Below, in pieces: positions 20,258-30,257 of a stretch of 64,000 nt of DNA (positions within the stretch are counted from its first letter, which is position 1; the number at the start of each line of letters is the position of its first letter). Position numbers and translations under genes: made by a program. The notes under the pieces are model-generated. The model did not search any database and was not told the DNA's origin. It saw only the letters and a program-made list of their open reading frames with translations. Source of the DNA: Deferribacterales bacterium (GTDB lineage Bacteria; Chrysiogenota; Deferribacteres; Deferribacterales; Geovibrionaceae); assembly GCA_050253075.1 (NCBI GenBank), contig JBFWJS010000006.1, positions 1 through 64,000 of the forward strand, written 5' to 3'.

Positions 20258-20845
20258 GTGGCTTTATTCCTTATATTCCTAACCGCTTACTGCATACTGC
20301 ACAGTGTTCTGGCTGATGCATACATCATGCGCAGGGTTTATTTCAAATGGTGGTACAGGTTCTTTTATGTTGCGCAGTCCATACTGCTTTTCGTCCCGCT
20401 GTTCCTTATGTACCATTTTCTCCCCTCTAAACCTCTTTTTATACCAAACACTGCCATGTATGTATTTTATGCTATTTCGTGGATTGCAGGGCTCGGATTC
20501 GGTCTGTACGCCGTTAAAAGCTACGACAACGGAACCTTCCTCGGCATCACACAGGTGAAAATGAAGCTGAAAGGCACTGAATATAAATATCACAAGCCAA
20601 AGCTGACCCGCAGGGGCGCACTGGCATATGTCCGCCATCCTTACTACTCCGTTTCGCTCCTTTTGATATGGGCCAGACCGCTGGCAGTAAAGGATTTATA
20701 TCTGAACACTGCTCTCACGGTATATTTTATACTGGGCACCATAAACGAGGAGCGGAAGCTCCGTAAGGAATTCGGTCAGGAATATATCGAATACAGCCGT
20801 GAAGTACCCGCTCTGATACCGTTCAGCAAAGGATCTTTCAAATGA
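20258..20845 (+). CDS. Membrane methyltransferase, ICMT/NnrU/MddA-like
   Basis: Several TM helices, LHSVLA, YVRHPYY, EERKL..FGQEY.EY...VP. Confidence 0.75.
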   Translation: MALFLIFLTAYCILHSVLADAYIMRRVYFKWWYRFFYVAQSILLFVPLFLMYHFLPSKPLFIPNTAMYVFYAISWIAGLGFGLYAVKSYDNGTFLGITQVKMKLKGTEYKYHKPKLTRRGALAYVRHPYYSVSLLLIWARPLAVKDLYLNTALTVYFILGTINEERKLRKEFGQEYIEYSREVPALIPFSKGSFK

Positions 20846-21483
20846 AACATGCTCATATACTCTTTCTGAAATACCCCGAAGCGGGGAGGGTGAAAACCCG
20901 CCTTGCAAAGGACATCGGCGGTGAAAAAGCGGCGGAGTTCTATAGGCTGATGACAGAGAGCATCATAATGTCCTGCGCTGTGCCTGACATCGACATGCTC
21001 TTGTTCATAGAACCGTATGGCAGGCTGGCAGACTTTCAGGCGTGGCTGGGTGAGGATATGAAGTTTTACCCGCAGGCAGACGGCGACCTCGGCGAGAGGA
21101 TGCACAATGCTCTGAAAACAGCTATGGAAAATGGTTACGATAAGTGCATCATAACTGGGAGCGACATACCTCAGCTAAATTCAGACGTGATATACGAAGC
21201 GTTTGAACAGATGCAGGATGCTGTGATCGGCGGATCGGACGACGGAGGCTACTACCTGATAGGTTTCAGGAAAGATACGCTGACAGACGCAGTATTCACA
21301 GACATGGTGTGGAGCACTGAGAGCGTTTTCACCGAAACTATGCTAAGATTTGAAAACGCAGGACTCAAAACTGCGGAGATATATAAACTCAGCGACATTG
21401 ACGACATAAACGACCTGAGAAAACTGAAATGTTTCATAGACGAGATCCTTGCTGAGGCAGGGATAGAGGTCTCAGAGGAGTAG
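20842..21483 (+). CDS. TIGR04282/DUF2064 family GT-A transferase
   Basis: KYPEAGRVKTRL, QADGDLGERM, GSDIP, DGGYYLIG, DIDDINDL. Confidence 0.88.
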   Translation: MKHAHILFLKYPEAGRVKTRLAKDIGGEKAAEFYRLMTESIIMSCAVPDIDMLLFIEPYGRLADFQAWLGEDMKFYPQADGDLGERMHNALKTAMENGYDKCIITGSDIPQLNSDVIYEAFEQMQDAVIGGSDDGGYYLIGFRKDTLTDAVFTDMVWSTESVFTETMLRFENAGLKTAEIYKLSDIDDINDLRKLKCFIDEILAEAGIEVSEE

Positions 21484-21486
21484 ACA

Positions 21487-22158
21487 TTGATAAAGAAGAT
21501 ATTGCTGCTTGCAGCCGTCATAGGCATAGCCGTGTGGATAAGGCAAAGCCCATACGCAGACCTGCTCACCATAGACGCTCTCAAGGCGAACGCAGATGCA
21601 CTTAAGGCATACGTCGCTGATAATTATATAGTTTCTGTCTTTGCATATCTGCTGATATATGTGCTGGTGGCTGGGCTGAACATACCGGGAGCTGTTATAC
21701 TCGGGCTCGGCGGCGGATACCTTTTCGGTGCTGCTGCGGGGACATTATTCGCAGTTACGGCAGCGACCGTCGGCGCATCTTTGGGCTTCCTCATGGCTAG
21801 GTACGTCATGGGCTCATCACTGAACAAAAAGTATGAAAAACAGCTGGCAAAGCTGAACAGCGAGCTGAGCGCAAACGGGCATATGTATATGCTGACACTC
21901 AGGCTCATACCTATATTCCCATTTTTCCTGATAAATATATTGGCGGGGCTGACAGTCCTACGCCTTTCGACATTCTTCTGGACCAGCTTTCTGGGGATGA
22001 TCCCAGGCGGGTTCGTTTTTGTATATGCAGGCAGCAGGCTGAACGAGGTCACTTCTCCGAAAGATATTTTCTCACCGGGGATGCTGTCGGCATTTGTGCT
22101 TCTGGGGCTTTTGATGCTGCTCCCCGTGGTTTATAAAAAGGTGAAGAGCAGACGATGA
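21487..22158 (+). CDS. TVP38/TMEM64 (VTT, DedA superfamily) membrane protein
   Basis: IPGAVILGLGGGYLFG, LRLIPIFPFFLIN, GMIPG. Confidence 0.88.
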   Translation: MIKKILLLAAVIGIAVWIRQSPYADLLTIDALKANADALKAYVADNYIVSVFAYLLIYVLVAGLNIPGAVILGLGGGYLFGAAAGTLFAVTAATVGASLGFLMARYVMGSSLNKKYEKQLAKLNSELSANGHMYMLTLRLIPIFPFFLINILAGLTVLRLSTFFWTSFLGMIPGGFVFVYAGSRLNEVTSPKDIFSPGMLSAFVLLGLLMLLPVVYKKVKSRR

Positions 22159-22814
22159 AGCTGTCTGTCATAATACCCGTTTATAAAGAACAGGAGCAGA
22201 TAAACGACACCATAGCAGACATCATGTTCAAGGCTGACTGCGAGATAGTCGTTTCTGATGCGGTTGGTGACACAATAAATAGTATTAAATACGAAAATGT
22301 TATAAAGATAAACTCGCCTAAAGGTAGAGCTTTTCAAATGAACGCCGGAGCTGAAAAAGCAGGCGGTGACGTCTTACTTTTCCTTCATGCAGACACGATA
22401 CTCCCCGACGGATTTTACGCTGAGATAGAGAATGCCCTTAAAGATCACTCCCACGGCGCATTTAAACTTGAGATAAATGACCCTTCGCCTATATTCCGCA
22501 TGATAGAGTGGGGTGCGAATCTGCGTAACAGGATTACGAAATGCCCATACGGCGATCAGGCTCTATTCTGCACCAGAGAGGCATTTGAGGCTGTCGGAGG
22601 CTATGCGGAGATACCTCTTATGGAAGATGTGCGCCTCATGCAGGACATGAAGAAAAAGGGGTATGAAGTATATCTGTCGGAACTATCTGTAAAGACATCA
22701 CCAAGAAGGTGGAAATCCGAAGGATTTTTATATACAATGCTTCGTAACTGGGTGCTGATAAACCTGTATTATCTGGGTGTCAGTCCGCAGACTTTAAAGA
22801 AATATTATAAGTAA
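22155..22814 (+). CDS. TIGR04283 family GT2 glycosyltransferase
   Basis: LSVIIPV, GRAFQMNAGA, LLFLHADT, YGDQ, LMEDV, TSPRRW. Confidence 0.9.
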   Translation: MKLSVIIPVYKEQEQINDTIADIMFKADCEIVVSDAVGDTINSIKYENVIKINSPKGRAFQMNAGAEKAGGDVLLFLHADTILPDGFYAEIENALKDHSHGAFKLEINDPSPIFRMIEWGANLRNRITKCPYGDQALFCTREAFEAVGGYAEIPLMEDVRLMQDMKKKGYEVYLSELSVKTSPRRWKSEGFLYTMLRNWVLINLYYLGVSPQTLKKYYK

Positions 22815-22844
22815 AACAACAGCTTACAGCGATGGAGGATAAAT

Positions 22845-23708
22845 ATGCAGGTTTATAAGGATATGGTGAAATATGTGATGGACAACGGTGTCTATATCCC
22901 TAACAGGACAGGGGTTGCGACATACAGCGTATTCAGCTATTTCTACAGAGTAAACCTCGCAGAAGGCTTTCCTCTGCTCACCACTAAAAAGATGTTCTTC
23001 AACTCTCTGGTACACGAACTTTTCTGGTATCTTTCAGGCGAGGAACACATCAGAGACCTCAGAAACAAGACAAAGATATGGGACGCATGGGCCGACGAAG
23101 AAGGAAGGCTCGAGACCGCATACGGACGTTTCTGGCGCAGATTTCCGGTTCCTGAAAAGGGGCTCGACGGTGAGAACTGGGGCACTAAATGGGTGAAAAA
23201 AGACCCTGAAAGCGGCACTATGGTATTTGATCAGATACAGTATATCATTGACAGCCTTAAGGAAGTAAAGGTTAATCCTAACTGTCCTTCACAGCGCAGG
23301 ATGATAGTATCCGCATGGCACCCAGCAAACGCAGCAGAGAGCAAACTGCCTCCTTGCCACTATACATACTGCTTCTCTGTCAAAGACGGAAAGCTGAACT
23401 GCCACCTGACACAGCGTTCGGGCGATATTGCACTCGGCATACCTTTTAACCTCGCATGTTACTCACTGCTGACAATGATGCTGGCGAAAGAGGTCGGGCT
23501 TGGGCTCGGCGAATTCGCACACACCATCATCGATGCGCATATATATGAAAACCACATGGAAGGGCTGAAAGAACAGCTCACCCGTGAGCCTATGGCTCTG
23601 TCAAAGCTGGAAATAGCAGATAAGCCATTTGATCAGCTCAGTTTTGACGATATAAAACTCGTTGACTACGAGTCACATCCTGTCATCAGATTTGAGGTTG
23701 CCGTATGA
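22845..23708 (+). CDS. thyA: Thymidylate synthase
   Basis: NRTG, FPLLTTKK, IWDAWAD, LPPCH, QRSGD, HIYENH. Confidence 0.96.
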   Translation: MQVYKDMVKYVMDNGVYIPNRTGVATYSVFSYFYRVNLAEGFPLLTTKKMFFNSLVHELFWYLSGEEHIRDLRNKTKIWDAWADEEGRLETAYGRFWRRFPVPEKGLDGENWGTKWVKKDPESGTMVFDQIQYIIDSLKEVKVNPNCPSQRRMIVSAWHPANAAESKLPPCHYTYCFSVKDGKLNCHLTQRSGDIALGIPFNLACYSLLTMMLAKEVGLGLGEFAHTIIDAHIYENHMEGLKEQLTREPMALSKLEIADKPFDQLSFDDIKLVDYESHPVIRFEVAV

Positions 23709-24175
23709 CAACGGCACTCATTGTCGCCATGACCAAAGACCGTGTCATAGGCAAAGACAACGACATGCCGTGGCATCTGCCCGAGGATCTGAAGCTGTTC
23801 AAGGCAAAGACATCGGGGCACATCATCGCCATGGGTAGAAAGACATACGAATCCATCGGCAGACCTCTGCCAAACAGGGAGAACTTTGTCATCACCCGCT
23901 CGGGCAAAGAGATAGAAGGGTGCAGAGTTTTCAAATCCGTAGAAGAGTGCATCGAAGCGGCGAAAGACTATGACAAAAAGCTCTTTTTCATCGGCGGCGG
24001 ACAAATATATGCCGATGTTGTAGACATGGTGGACGAGCTGCATATATCGTATGTTAAAGAAGATTTCGAAGGGGACACATTCTTCCCTGAGTTTGATAAA
24101 TCCAAATGGAAAGCAGCAGAAACAGAAGATTATGAAGGGTTTGAATACGTTCGTTACGTTAAAAGCTCTTTATAG
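23705..24175 (+). CDS. folA: Dihydrofolate reductase
   Basis: MPWHLPEDL, MGRKTYES, PLPNR, IGGGQIY, GDTFFP. Confidence 0.96.
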   Translation: MTTALIVAMTKDRVIGKDNDMPWHLPEDLKLFKAKTSGHIIAMGRKTYESIGRPLPNRENFVITRSGKEIEGCRVFKSVEECIEAAKDYDKKLFFIGGGQIYADVVDMVDELHISYVKEDFEGDTFFPEFDKSKWKAAETEDYEGFEYVRYVKSSL

Positions 24176-25233
24176 AGTTTAACATATTTCTGCACCATAC
24201 CTCCGTCGGTGAATTTCAGCGCAGTATGAAATGCATTTGCGGCGAATTTGTCCTCCATAGGCAGATCGTCATATACCTCCAGTATATTATCAGCCAGCGC
24301 ATCCGCATCGCCCACGTCGCTCAGAAGCCCGTTGAAATTATGCTTCACCAGTTCGGGTATACCGCCCGCTTTCGTGGCCACAACAGGGCACCCCATGAAG
24401 AAAGCGTCTATTATGGATGTGCACAGTCCTTCGGTCTTTGAAGACATGCAGAACAGGTCGAAGATGGCGATATGTTCATAAACATCAGCAGTATAGCCAG
24501 TGAAGACCATGCTGCCGTATGAGCTGAGCCCAGAGGCGTAGTTCTTCACCTCTTCAAACATAGGACCGTCACCCACAAGTATGAGCCTTGCTCCCTCTGC
24601 TTCGTGATAGAACTTCTCATATGCATTCAGCAGGGTATAGTGGTCTTTGTGGTCTGCCATGTTTGCGACATTGCCGACGATGTATTGTTCAGGATCTATT
24701 TCGTATTTATCTCTTAGTTCCAGTACCTTCTGAAAGCTGATAGACTTGGGGAAGCGTACTCCGCTGTTTATCACGGGTACTTTCTCAGCCTTTACGCCGT
24801 CGTCCACCAGCATTTTTCTTATAGCTTCGGATATGGCGACGACCTTATCGACTTTGCTGTTGTTATACTTCTTTCTGCTTATGAAGCCTTTGTTTATACT
24901 GAAGTCCACACGGCGGGTGTTTATCAGCTTAAAGCCTCTGCCTGTGACCCTTGCGAAGATGGCAGGGGTGAGTGCATGGGCATCGTGTGTGTGTACGATG
25001 TCAGGCTGATAGTGTTTTATGATGTCCTTCAGCTCGGAGATGAACCCGAGGTCGGCCTCGCCTTTGAAGGATACGGGGACGATACCTTCCACATCCTTTT
25101 TACAGAGCTCGCCAGCCTCGTTACACACCATGACGGACTCTATACCCAGCTCGAGCAGTCCTTCATGGAGAAAGAGAGCCTGTCTCTGTCCGCCTCGCCA
25201 TTCTTTTCCAGTATCTAAGTGTAATATCTTCAT
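24154..25233 (-). CDS. GT4 glycosyltransferase
   Basis: WRGGQRQ, HKDH, SKTEGLCTSIIDA, GGIPELV. Confidence 0.88.
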   Translation of the reverse strand: MKILHLDTGKEWRGGQRQALFLHEGLLELGIESVMVCNEAGELCKKDVEGIVPVSFKGEADLGFISELKDIIKHYQPDIVHTHDAHALTPAIFARVTGRGFKLINTRRVDFSINKGFISRKKYNNSKVDKVVAISEAIRKMLVDDGVKAEKVPVINSGVRFPKSISFQKVLELRDKYEIDPEQYIVGNVANMADHKDHYTLLNAYEKFYHEAEGARLILVGDGPMFEEVKNYASGLSSYGSMVFTGYTADVYEHIAIFDLFCMSSKTEGLCTSIIDAFFMGCPVVATKAGGIPELVKHNFNGLLSDVGDADALADNILEVYDDLPMEDKFAANAFHTALKFTDGGMVQKYVKLYKELLT

Positions 25234-25346
25234 AAGACCTTTATATTAATGCCTTTCCCGCAAATGTCAAAGTGATTGTTTGAAATCCGCCTTGTATCTT
25301 CGCCCATGCGGGCTATATTTAAATAAAACTCAAAAGCAGGAAACAG

Positions 25347-26948
25347 ATGAAGCCGGGAAAAGGTATTTTATTTTTTGTACCAAAGTCTATCAAAGGCCAG
25401 ATGATCATCATGCTGTCTATACTGGTCTGTTTCCAGATAGCCATCACAGCCGTCATTTTCAACGGTATGGTGGGACGATATCTAGACGAATCGAACAAAG
25501 CAAAAACAATAGGGCTGGCGAGGACGATTGCCAAAATGCCAATAGTGGTGGAAGCGCTGAAGCTGGGCGAGCCGAATGAAAAGCTGCAGCAGACCATGCT
25601 GGAGATACAGGACGACATCGGTGCCAGGTTCATCGTGGTCGCACGTAAAGACGGCATAAGGCTGGCGCACCCCGTGGCAGACAGGATAGGTAAAAAATTT
25701 GTCGGCGGAGACTATTTCAGAGCCGTATTAGACGGTGAGGTATACACATCGAGAGCCGTTGGCACGCTTGGGCCGTCTCTGCGAGGCTTTGCCCCTGTGA
25801 AAGCTGAGAATGGCGAGATACTGGGCTTTGTATCTGTAGGATACCTGGAGACCAGCGTGCTGAAACTAGTACACGATGCGCAGAAAGAGCCTGTGACATA
25901 CCTTTTCATAATGCTCTTTGTCGGGCTTCTGGGTGCGAGCATCATCGGCGGATACGTCAAAAAGCTGACTCTTGGGCTGGAGCCATCGGAGATAGCATCC
26001 ATGCTGAAAGAGAGGGAAGCAATACTAAACTCTGTCCGATCAGCCATCATAGCCGTAAATAAAGAAGGGCGTGTCAGATTTGCAAACAATGAAGCGGGCA
26101 GACTGCTCGGTCATCCCCTCGACCTTAAGGGTGAAAACATCGACGAGCTTATCCCGCAGGCATACGTGACACAGCGCATCAAAAACCTGGAAGAGGCTCT
26201 GGACGAAGAGATATTCACCGCTGACCACCTTATGCTGTTTAACATTATCCCCGTCATAATAAACGGAAAAGCAGAGGGAGCAGTGGCGACATTCCGTCGA
26301 AAGGACGAGATGGACTACCTCAGCAACGAGCTTCAGCAGGCAAGGCAGTGCTCGGAACTTCTCCGTGTACAGAGCCACGAATACTCCAACAAGCTGCACA
26401 CCATAAGCGGGCTTTTACAGCTTGAGGAATACGACGAGGCAAAAAACATCATTCTGAAAGAATCCGAAGGATATCATAGACTTGTGGAATATACCGATTC
26501 TCAGGTGAACTGTCCGATGATAGCTGGCGTCATACTCGGGAAATATAATAGAGCGGGCGAGCTGAAATGCGGGTTTGAGCTGGATTTCAACGGCGGGTGG
26601 CCGTCCAGACCGCCTATGCCCGAGCACATCCTTACGATATTGGGCAACCTGCTGGACAACGCCATCGACGCAGCCAAAGAGAATAAAGGCGTGAAGCCGA
26701 TGATATCACTCGGGCTGTATGAGGACGGAGAGAATTTCATTATAAAGGTAGAGGACTCGGGCAGAGGACTGCCCAGCGAGATAGACGTATTTAGAAAGGG
26801 CGCATCGACCAAATCTGGGGGCAGGGGCATCGGGCTTTATAACGTCACAATGGCTCTGAATGCTCTGGAAGGCGAGATAACCACAGGCACGTCCGAACGC
26901 ATGGGCGGTGCTTGTTTCAGCGTTAAAATACCCAAGAGAGAGGTATAA
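25347..26948 (+). CDS. CitA/DcuS family sensor histidine kinase
   Basis: sCache GTLGPSLRG, LEPSEI, PAS, LRVQSHEYSNKLH, GNLLDNA, GRGIGL. Confidence 0.9.
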   Translation: MKPGKGILFFVPKSIKGQMIIMLSILVCFQIAITAVIFNGMVGRYLDESNKAKTIGLARTIAKMPIVVEALKLGEPNEKLQQTMLEIQDDIGARFIVVARKDGIRLAHPVADRIGKKFVGGDYFRAVLDGEVYTSRAVGTLGPSLRGFAPVKAENGEILGFVSVGYLETSVLKLVHDAQKEPVTYLFIMLFVGLLGASIIGGYVKKLTLGLEPSEIASMLKEREAILNSVRSAIIAVNKEGRVRFANNEAGRLLGHPLDLKGENIDELIPQAYVTQRIKNLEEALDEEIFTADHLMLFNIIPVIINGKAEGAVATFRRKDEMDYLSNELQQARQCSELLRVQSHEYSNKLHTISGLLQLEEYDEAKNIILKESEGYHRLVEYTDSQVNCPMIAGVILGKYNRAGELKCGFELDFNGGWPSRPPMPEHILTILGNLLDNAIDAAKENKGVKPMISLGLYEDGENFIIKVEDSGRGLPSEIDVFRKGASTKSGGRGIGLYNVTMALNALEGEITTGTSERMGGACFSVKIPKREV

Positions 26949-26950
26949 CA

Positions 26951-27631
26951 GTGATAAAAGTGTTAATAGTGGAAGACGACATAGATATAGCGAATCTGCA
27001 CAGGCGTTTCACCGAAAAGGTCGACGGGTTTGAAGTGGTCGGTATAGCAAACGGGCTGGACGATGCCTTTGAGATGACAGAGATTCTGAAACCACAGCTT
27101 GTGCTTCTGGATCTGTATTTCCCCGAGGGCTCGGGCATGGACTTCCTCTGGAAGGTTCGCGGATCGGGCATACGCACAGACATAGTGCTCATCACGGCGG
27201 CCAGAGACGTCGAAGCACTACAGGAAGCCGTGCGTGGCGGAGCTTTCGACTATATCGTAAAGCCTGTGGTATTCGACAGATTCAAAAAATCACTGGAACG
27301 CTTTAAAGAATATCTGAAAGAGATGGACTGCTGTAAAACACTGGAGCAGGGCGACATAGACCACCTGCTAGACAGGCACTCAGACGCCGTTATGTCTCAG
27401 GATATGCCGAAAGGGATAGACCCCATCACCCTTAAAAAGATCATCGCTGTTTTCGAAAGCCTGAAAGAAGCCATGGGAGCGGAAGAGGTGGGCAGACACA
27501 TAGGAGCCAGCCGAAACACCGCACGCAGATACCTCGAATACCTGAACGGAACGGGACTCCTCACCGTAGATATAGACTACGGCACTGTCGGACGGCCGGA
27601 GAAGCGTTTCAAGCTGGCATCCAGACCGTGA
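26951..27631 (+). CDS. CitB/DcuR family response regulator
   Basis: Receiver domain plus PKGIDPITL, SRNTARRYLEYL, YGTVGRP. Confidence 0.9.
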   Translation: MIKVLIVEDDIDIANLHRRFTEKVDGFEVVGIANGLDDAFEMTEILKPQLVLLDLYFPEGSGMDFLWKVRGSGIRTDIVLITAARDVEALQEAVRGGAFDYIVKPVVFDRFKKSLERFKEYLKEMDCCKTLEQGDIDHLLDRHSDAVMSQDMPKGIDPITLKKIIAVFESLKEAMGAEEVGRHIGASRNTARRYLEYLNGTGLLTVDIDYGTVGRPEKRFKLASRP

Positions 27632-27744
27632 GCAAAATGATCAAAAAGAACTTTAAATTCTAAAAAACCCTTATTTCCTAATAATTTACATTTGAAATAG
27701 CGGGTGTATATTCCATGTTAGAGAATAAAACATGGAGGTACATC

Positions 27745-29070
27745 ATGTTATATATGCAGTTTATGTTTTTACTGGTTATGCTCTATATAGGCAGCCGTTA
27801 CGGCGGTATAGGGCTTGGAGTTGTTTCAGGTATCGGTCTTGCCATCGAAGTCTTCGTTTTCGGCATGACCCCTACATCACCACCGATCACTGTAATGCTC
27901 ATCATCCTTGCAGTGGTAACATGCGCATCTATACTCGAAGCAGCAGGCGGTCTGAAATATATGCTTCAGGTAGCGGAAAGGCTGCTTAGGTCAAACCCTA
28001 AGAGAGTAACAATCATCGGACCTCTCGTTACATACACAATGACATTCATGCTCGGCACAGGGCACGCAGTGTATTCCATAATGCCCATCATAGGCGACGT
28101 AGCACTGAAAAACGGGATACGCCCAGAGCGCCCTATGGCGGCGGCTTCCGTAGCATCACAGCTAGGCATCACAGCCAGCCCGATATCCGCGGCAGTTGTT
28201 TACTATCTCTCTCAGCTTTCGAATATTAATGCGAATATAACACTGCTCTCTATCCTCGGCGTGACAATCCCTGCGACACTGGCAGGATGCATCGCAATGT
28301 CACTCTATTCGCTCCGCAGAGGCAAAGAGCTCGCAGACGACCCGGAATATCAGAAACGCCTCGAAGACCCTGTCTGGGGCGAACGTATCAGAAATACAAC
28401 AGCGACAACACTTGACGAGAAGCTCCCTGTTTCAGCTAGAAACGCAGTGCTCCTCTTCATACTCGCACTCGTTGTGATAGTAATAATAGCTATGGTTCCT
28501 TCCGTCAGGACACTCTCCGAAGGCGCCAAACCTATTAGTATGGCAGTAATAATCCAGATGATGATGCTTGCTTTCGGCGGTATCATCCTCATAGTCACAA
28601 AGACAAAAACTAATAAAGTGCCCGAAGGCGTCGTGTTTAAATCAGGTATGGTGGCGGCCATAGCGATATTCGGTATCGCATGGATGAGCGATACATACTT
28701 CCAGCACGCAATGCCTAGCTTCAAAGCAGGCATCACAGCGATGGTTCAGGATTATCCATGGACATTCGCCATAGCAATGTTTGTGGTCTCCGTAGTGATA
28801 AACTCTCAGGCCGCCACATGCCGTATGATGCTCCCTGTGGGGCTTGGGCTCGGTCTTCCTCCGGCACTGCTGATAGGTATCATGCCTTCATGCTACGGAT
28901 ACTTCTTTATCCCTAACTATCCGTCGGATATCGCCACATGCAACTTCGACACAACAGGAACAACAAAGATAGGCAAATGGTATTTCAACCACAGCTTTAT
29001 GGTTCCGGGGATAATCTCTGTAACTACTGCGTGTCTTGTGGGCTACGCACTGGCAATGGTAATTATCTAA
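27745..29070 (+). CDS. dcuB: Anaerobic C4-dicarboxylate transporter, DcuA/DcuB family
   Basis: GGIGLG, GTGH, IRPERP, ASPISAA, PNYPSD, GTTKIGK, NHSFM; ATG after GGAGG. Confidence 0.88.
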   Translation: MLYMQFMFLLVMLYIGSRYGGIGLGVVSGIGLAIEVFVFGMTPTSPPITVMLIILAVVTCASILEAAGGLKYMLQVAERLLRSNPKRVTIIGPLVTYTMTFMLGTGHAVYSIMPIIGDVALKNGIRPERPMAAASVASQLGITASPISAAVVYYLSQLSNINANITLLSILGVTIPATLAGCIAMSLYSLRRGKELADDPEYQKRLEDPVWGERIRNTTATTLDEKLPVSARNAVLLFILALVVIVIIAMVPSVRTLSEGAKPISMAVIIQMMMLAFGGIILIVTKTKTNKVPEGVVFKSGMVAAIAIFGIAWMSDTYFQHAMPSFKAGITAMVQDYPWTFAIAMFVVSVVINSQAATCRMMLPVGLGLGLPPALLIGIMPSCYGYFFIPNYPSDIATCNFDTTGTTKIGKWYFNHSFMVPGIISVTTACLVGYALAMVII

Positions 29071-29079
29071 TGATTTTGG

Positions 29080-29114
29080 GGTCCGTTCTTGAAAGAGGGC
29101 GGACCTTTCATTTC
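29080..29114 (+). terminator. Intrinsic terminator after dcuB
   Basis: GGTCCGTTCT...AGGGCGGACC followed by TTTCATTT. Confidence 0.65.
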
Positions 29115-29149
29115 TTGACATTCTCCACCTATTCTTTATCTTTATTAAT

Positions 29150-29659
29150 ATGTTAGATGCAGCGAAGATATCTGAAAAGATAATGGCAATGAACGAAGAT
29201 GTTTGGGCAAGGCATTCCAGCCCGCTGAGTGTATATACACGCTTCACAGTGCTGCCTCTCTTGTCTCTGGCTGTTTGGTCTAGGGCTTGGATAGGCATAT
29301 ATTCGCTGATCCCGATAATCGTCAGCATATTATGGATATGGCTGAACCCCAGAGTTTTCAAAGCACCAAAGCACACAGACACATGGGCATCGAAAGGAAC
29401 ATTTGGGGAGAGGGTGTATCTGCTCCGTAATGAGCTGGGCATTCCGTCACATCACCTGAAGGCTGTGCGTATCTTAATGACGCTTTCATTCTTTGGGCTG
29501 CCGTTTCTTATATATGGATTATATCGATTTGATATTTACTCTGTCATCATAGGCAACATCATTGTTATGACATTCAAAGCATGGGTCGTGGACAGGATGG
29601 TTTGGATTTTTGACGATATGGCGGAAATTCGTCCCGAATTCAAAAACTGGATAAAATAG
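29150..29659 (+). CDS. Membrane protein, DUF6653-like
   Basis: WARHSSPLSVYTRF, WIWLNPRVF, WASKGTFGER, K.W..DRMVW. Confidence 0.7.
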   Translation: MLDAAKISEKIMAMNEDVWARHSSPLSVYTRFTVLPLLSLAVWSRAWIGIYSLIPIIVSILWIWLNPRVFKAPKHTDTWASKGTFGERVYLLRNELGIPSHHLKAVRILMTLSFFGLPFLIYGLYRFDIYSVIIGNIIVMTFKAWVVDRMVWIFDDMAEIRPEFKNWIK

Positions 29660-29688
29660 TCAAAAATCGGCTCTGAAATGAGGGCAGG

Positions 29689-29751
29689 TTATTTTCTCTC
29701 GAATATGATTACCTTCGAAAATATATAACTTGCGTTAGAACGCAAAATAAC
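29689..29751. repeat. Spaced motif copy A (TTATTTT-N8-TATGATT-N22-CGTTAGA-N4-AAAATAAC)
   Basis: Four blocks and all three spacer lengths are identical to 31284-31346. Confidence 0.7.
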
Positions 29752-29891
29752 AGGCCATTTCTACAGCGTTGTATTTATTCTGGTCACATAAGATACTGAT
29801 ACTAAACAATAAACCTTTGATTTATCCCTGATTATTATTCAAGCATTCAATCGGCAGGGCATAATTTTCACCTCCCAATCAAATATAAATA

Positions 29892-29919
29892 ACGTCCGAT
29901 AAGATATATTATGTTAAAT
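29892..29919. other. dif: dif site (XerC/XerD recombination site)
   Basis: ACGTCCGATAA-GATATA-TTATGTTAAAT; right arm identical to the E. coli XerD arm; intergenic between convergent genes. Confidence 0.9.
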
Positions 29920-29933
29920 AATATGGTGATGTC

Positions 29934-30257
29934 TTAGGATAGGGATGAGAAAACCGAAGCCTTGTACTTCTGGATTCTTTCGGATGTGGCTCTTGCCATC
30001 AGAGGGAATCCGCTGTTCTCATAAGACATCAAAAGATTTATCTCCATGTCATAAGCTCTCTTTAGCAATATATCCCGCTCATCATCTAACTTATCTACCG
30101 ACTCATCAATCAGCTTAAAAATATCTTCTAACACATAGCTTTCATAAGGCTTTGATTCTTTAATACTGACCACAGGAGTTGCTTTTTGCTTTTCTTCTCC
30201 AGGTTTATTCAGCCACTCGCTTATCTTATTCTCTGCTATCTTCCAGAATATATTCAT
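29934..30257 (-). CDS. Hypothetical protein; N-terminus reminiscent of DUF1992
   Basis: 107-aa ORF overlapping the tetR stop (ATGA); begins MNIFWKIAENKI. Confidence 0.55.
   Translation of the reverse strand: MNIFWKIAENKISEWLNKPGEEKQKATPVVSIKESKPYESYVLEDIFKLIDESVDKLDDERDILLKRAYDMEINLLMSYENSGFPLMARATSERIQKYKASVFSSLS

Noticed and set aside
20258..22814. Selenocysteine read-through in the rSAM/selenodomain-associated cluster
   Set aside because: The TGA stops here coincide with ATGA gene overlaps and the proteins look full length; no SECIS evidence seen
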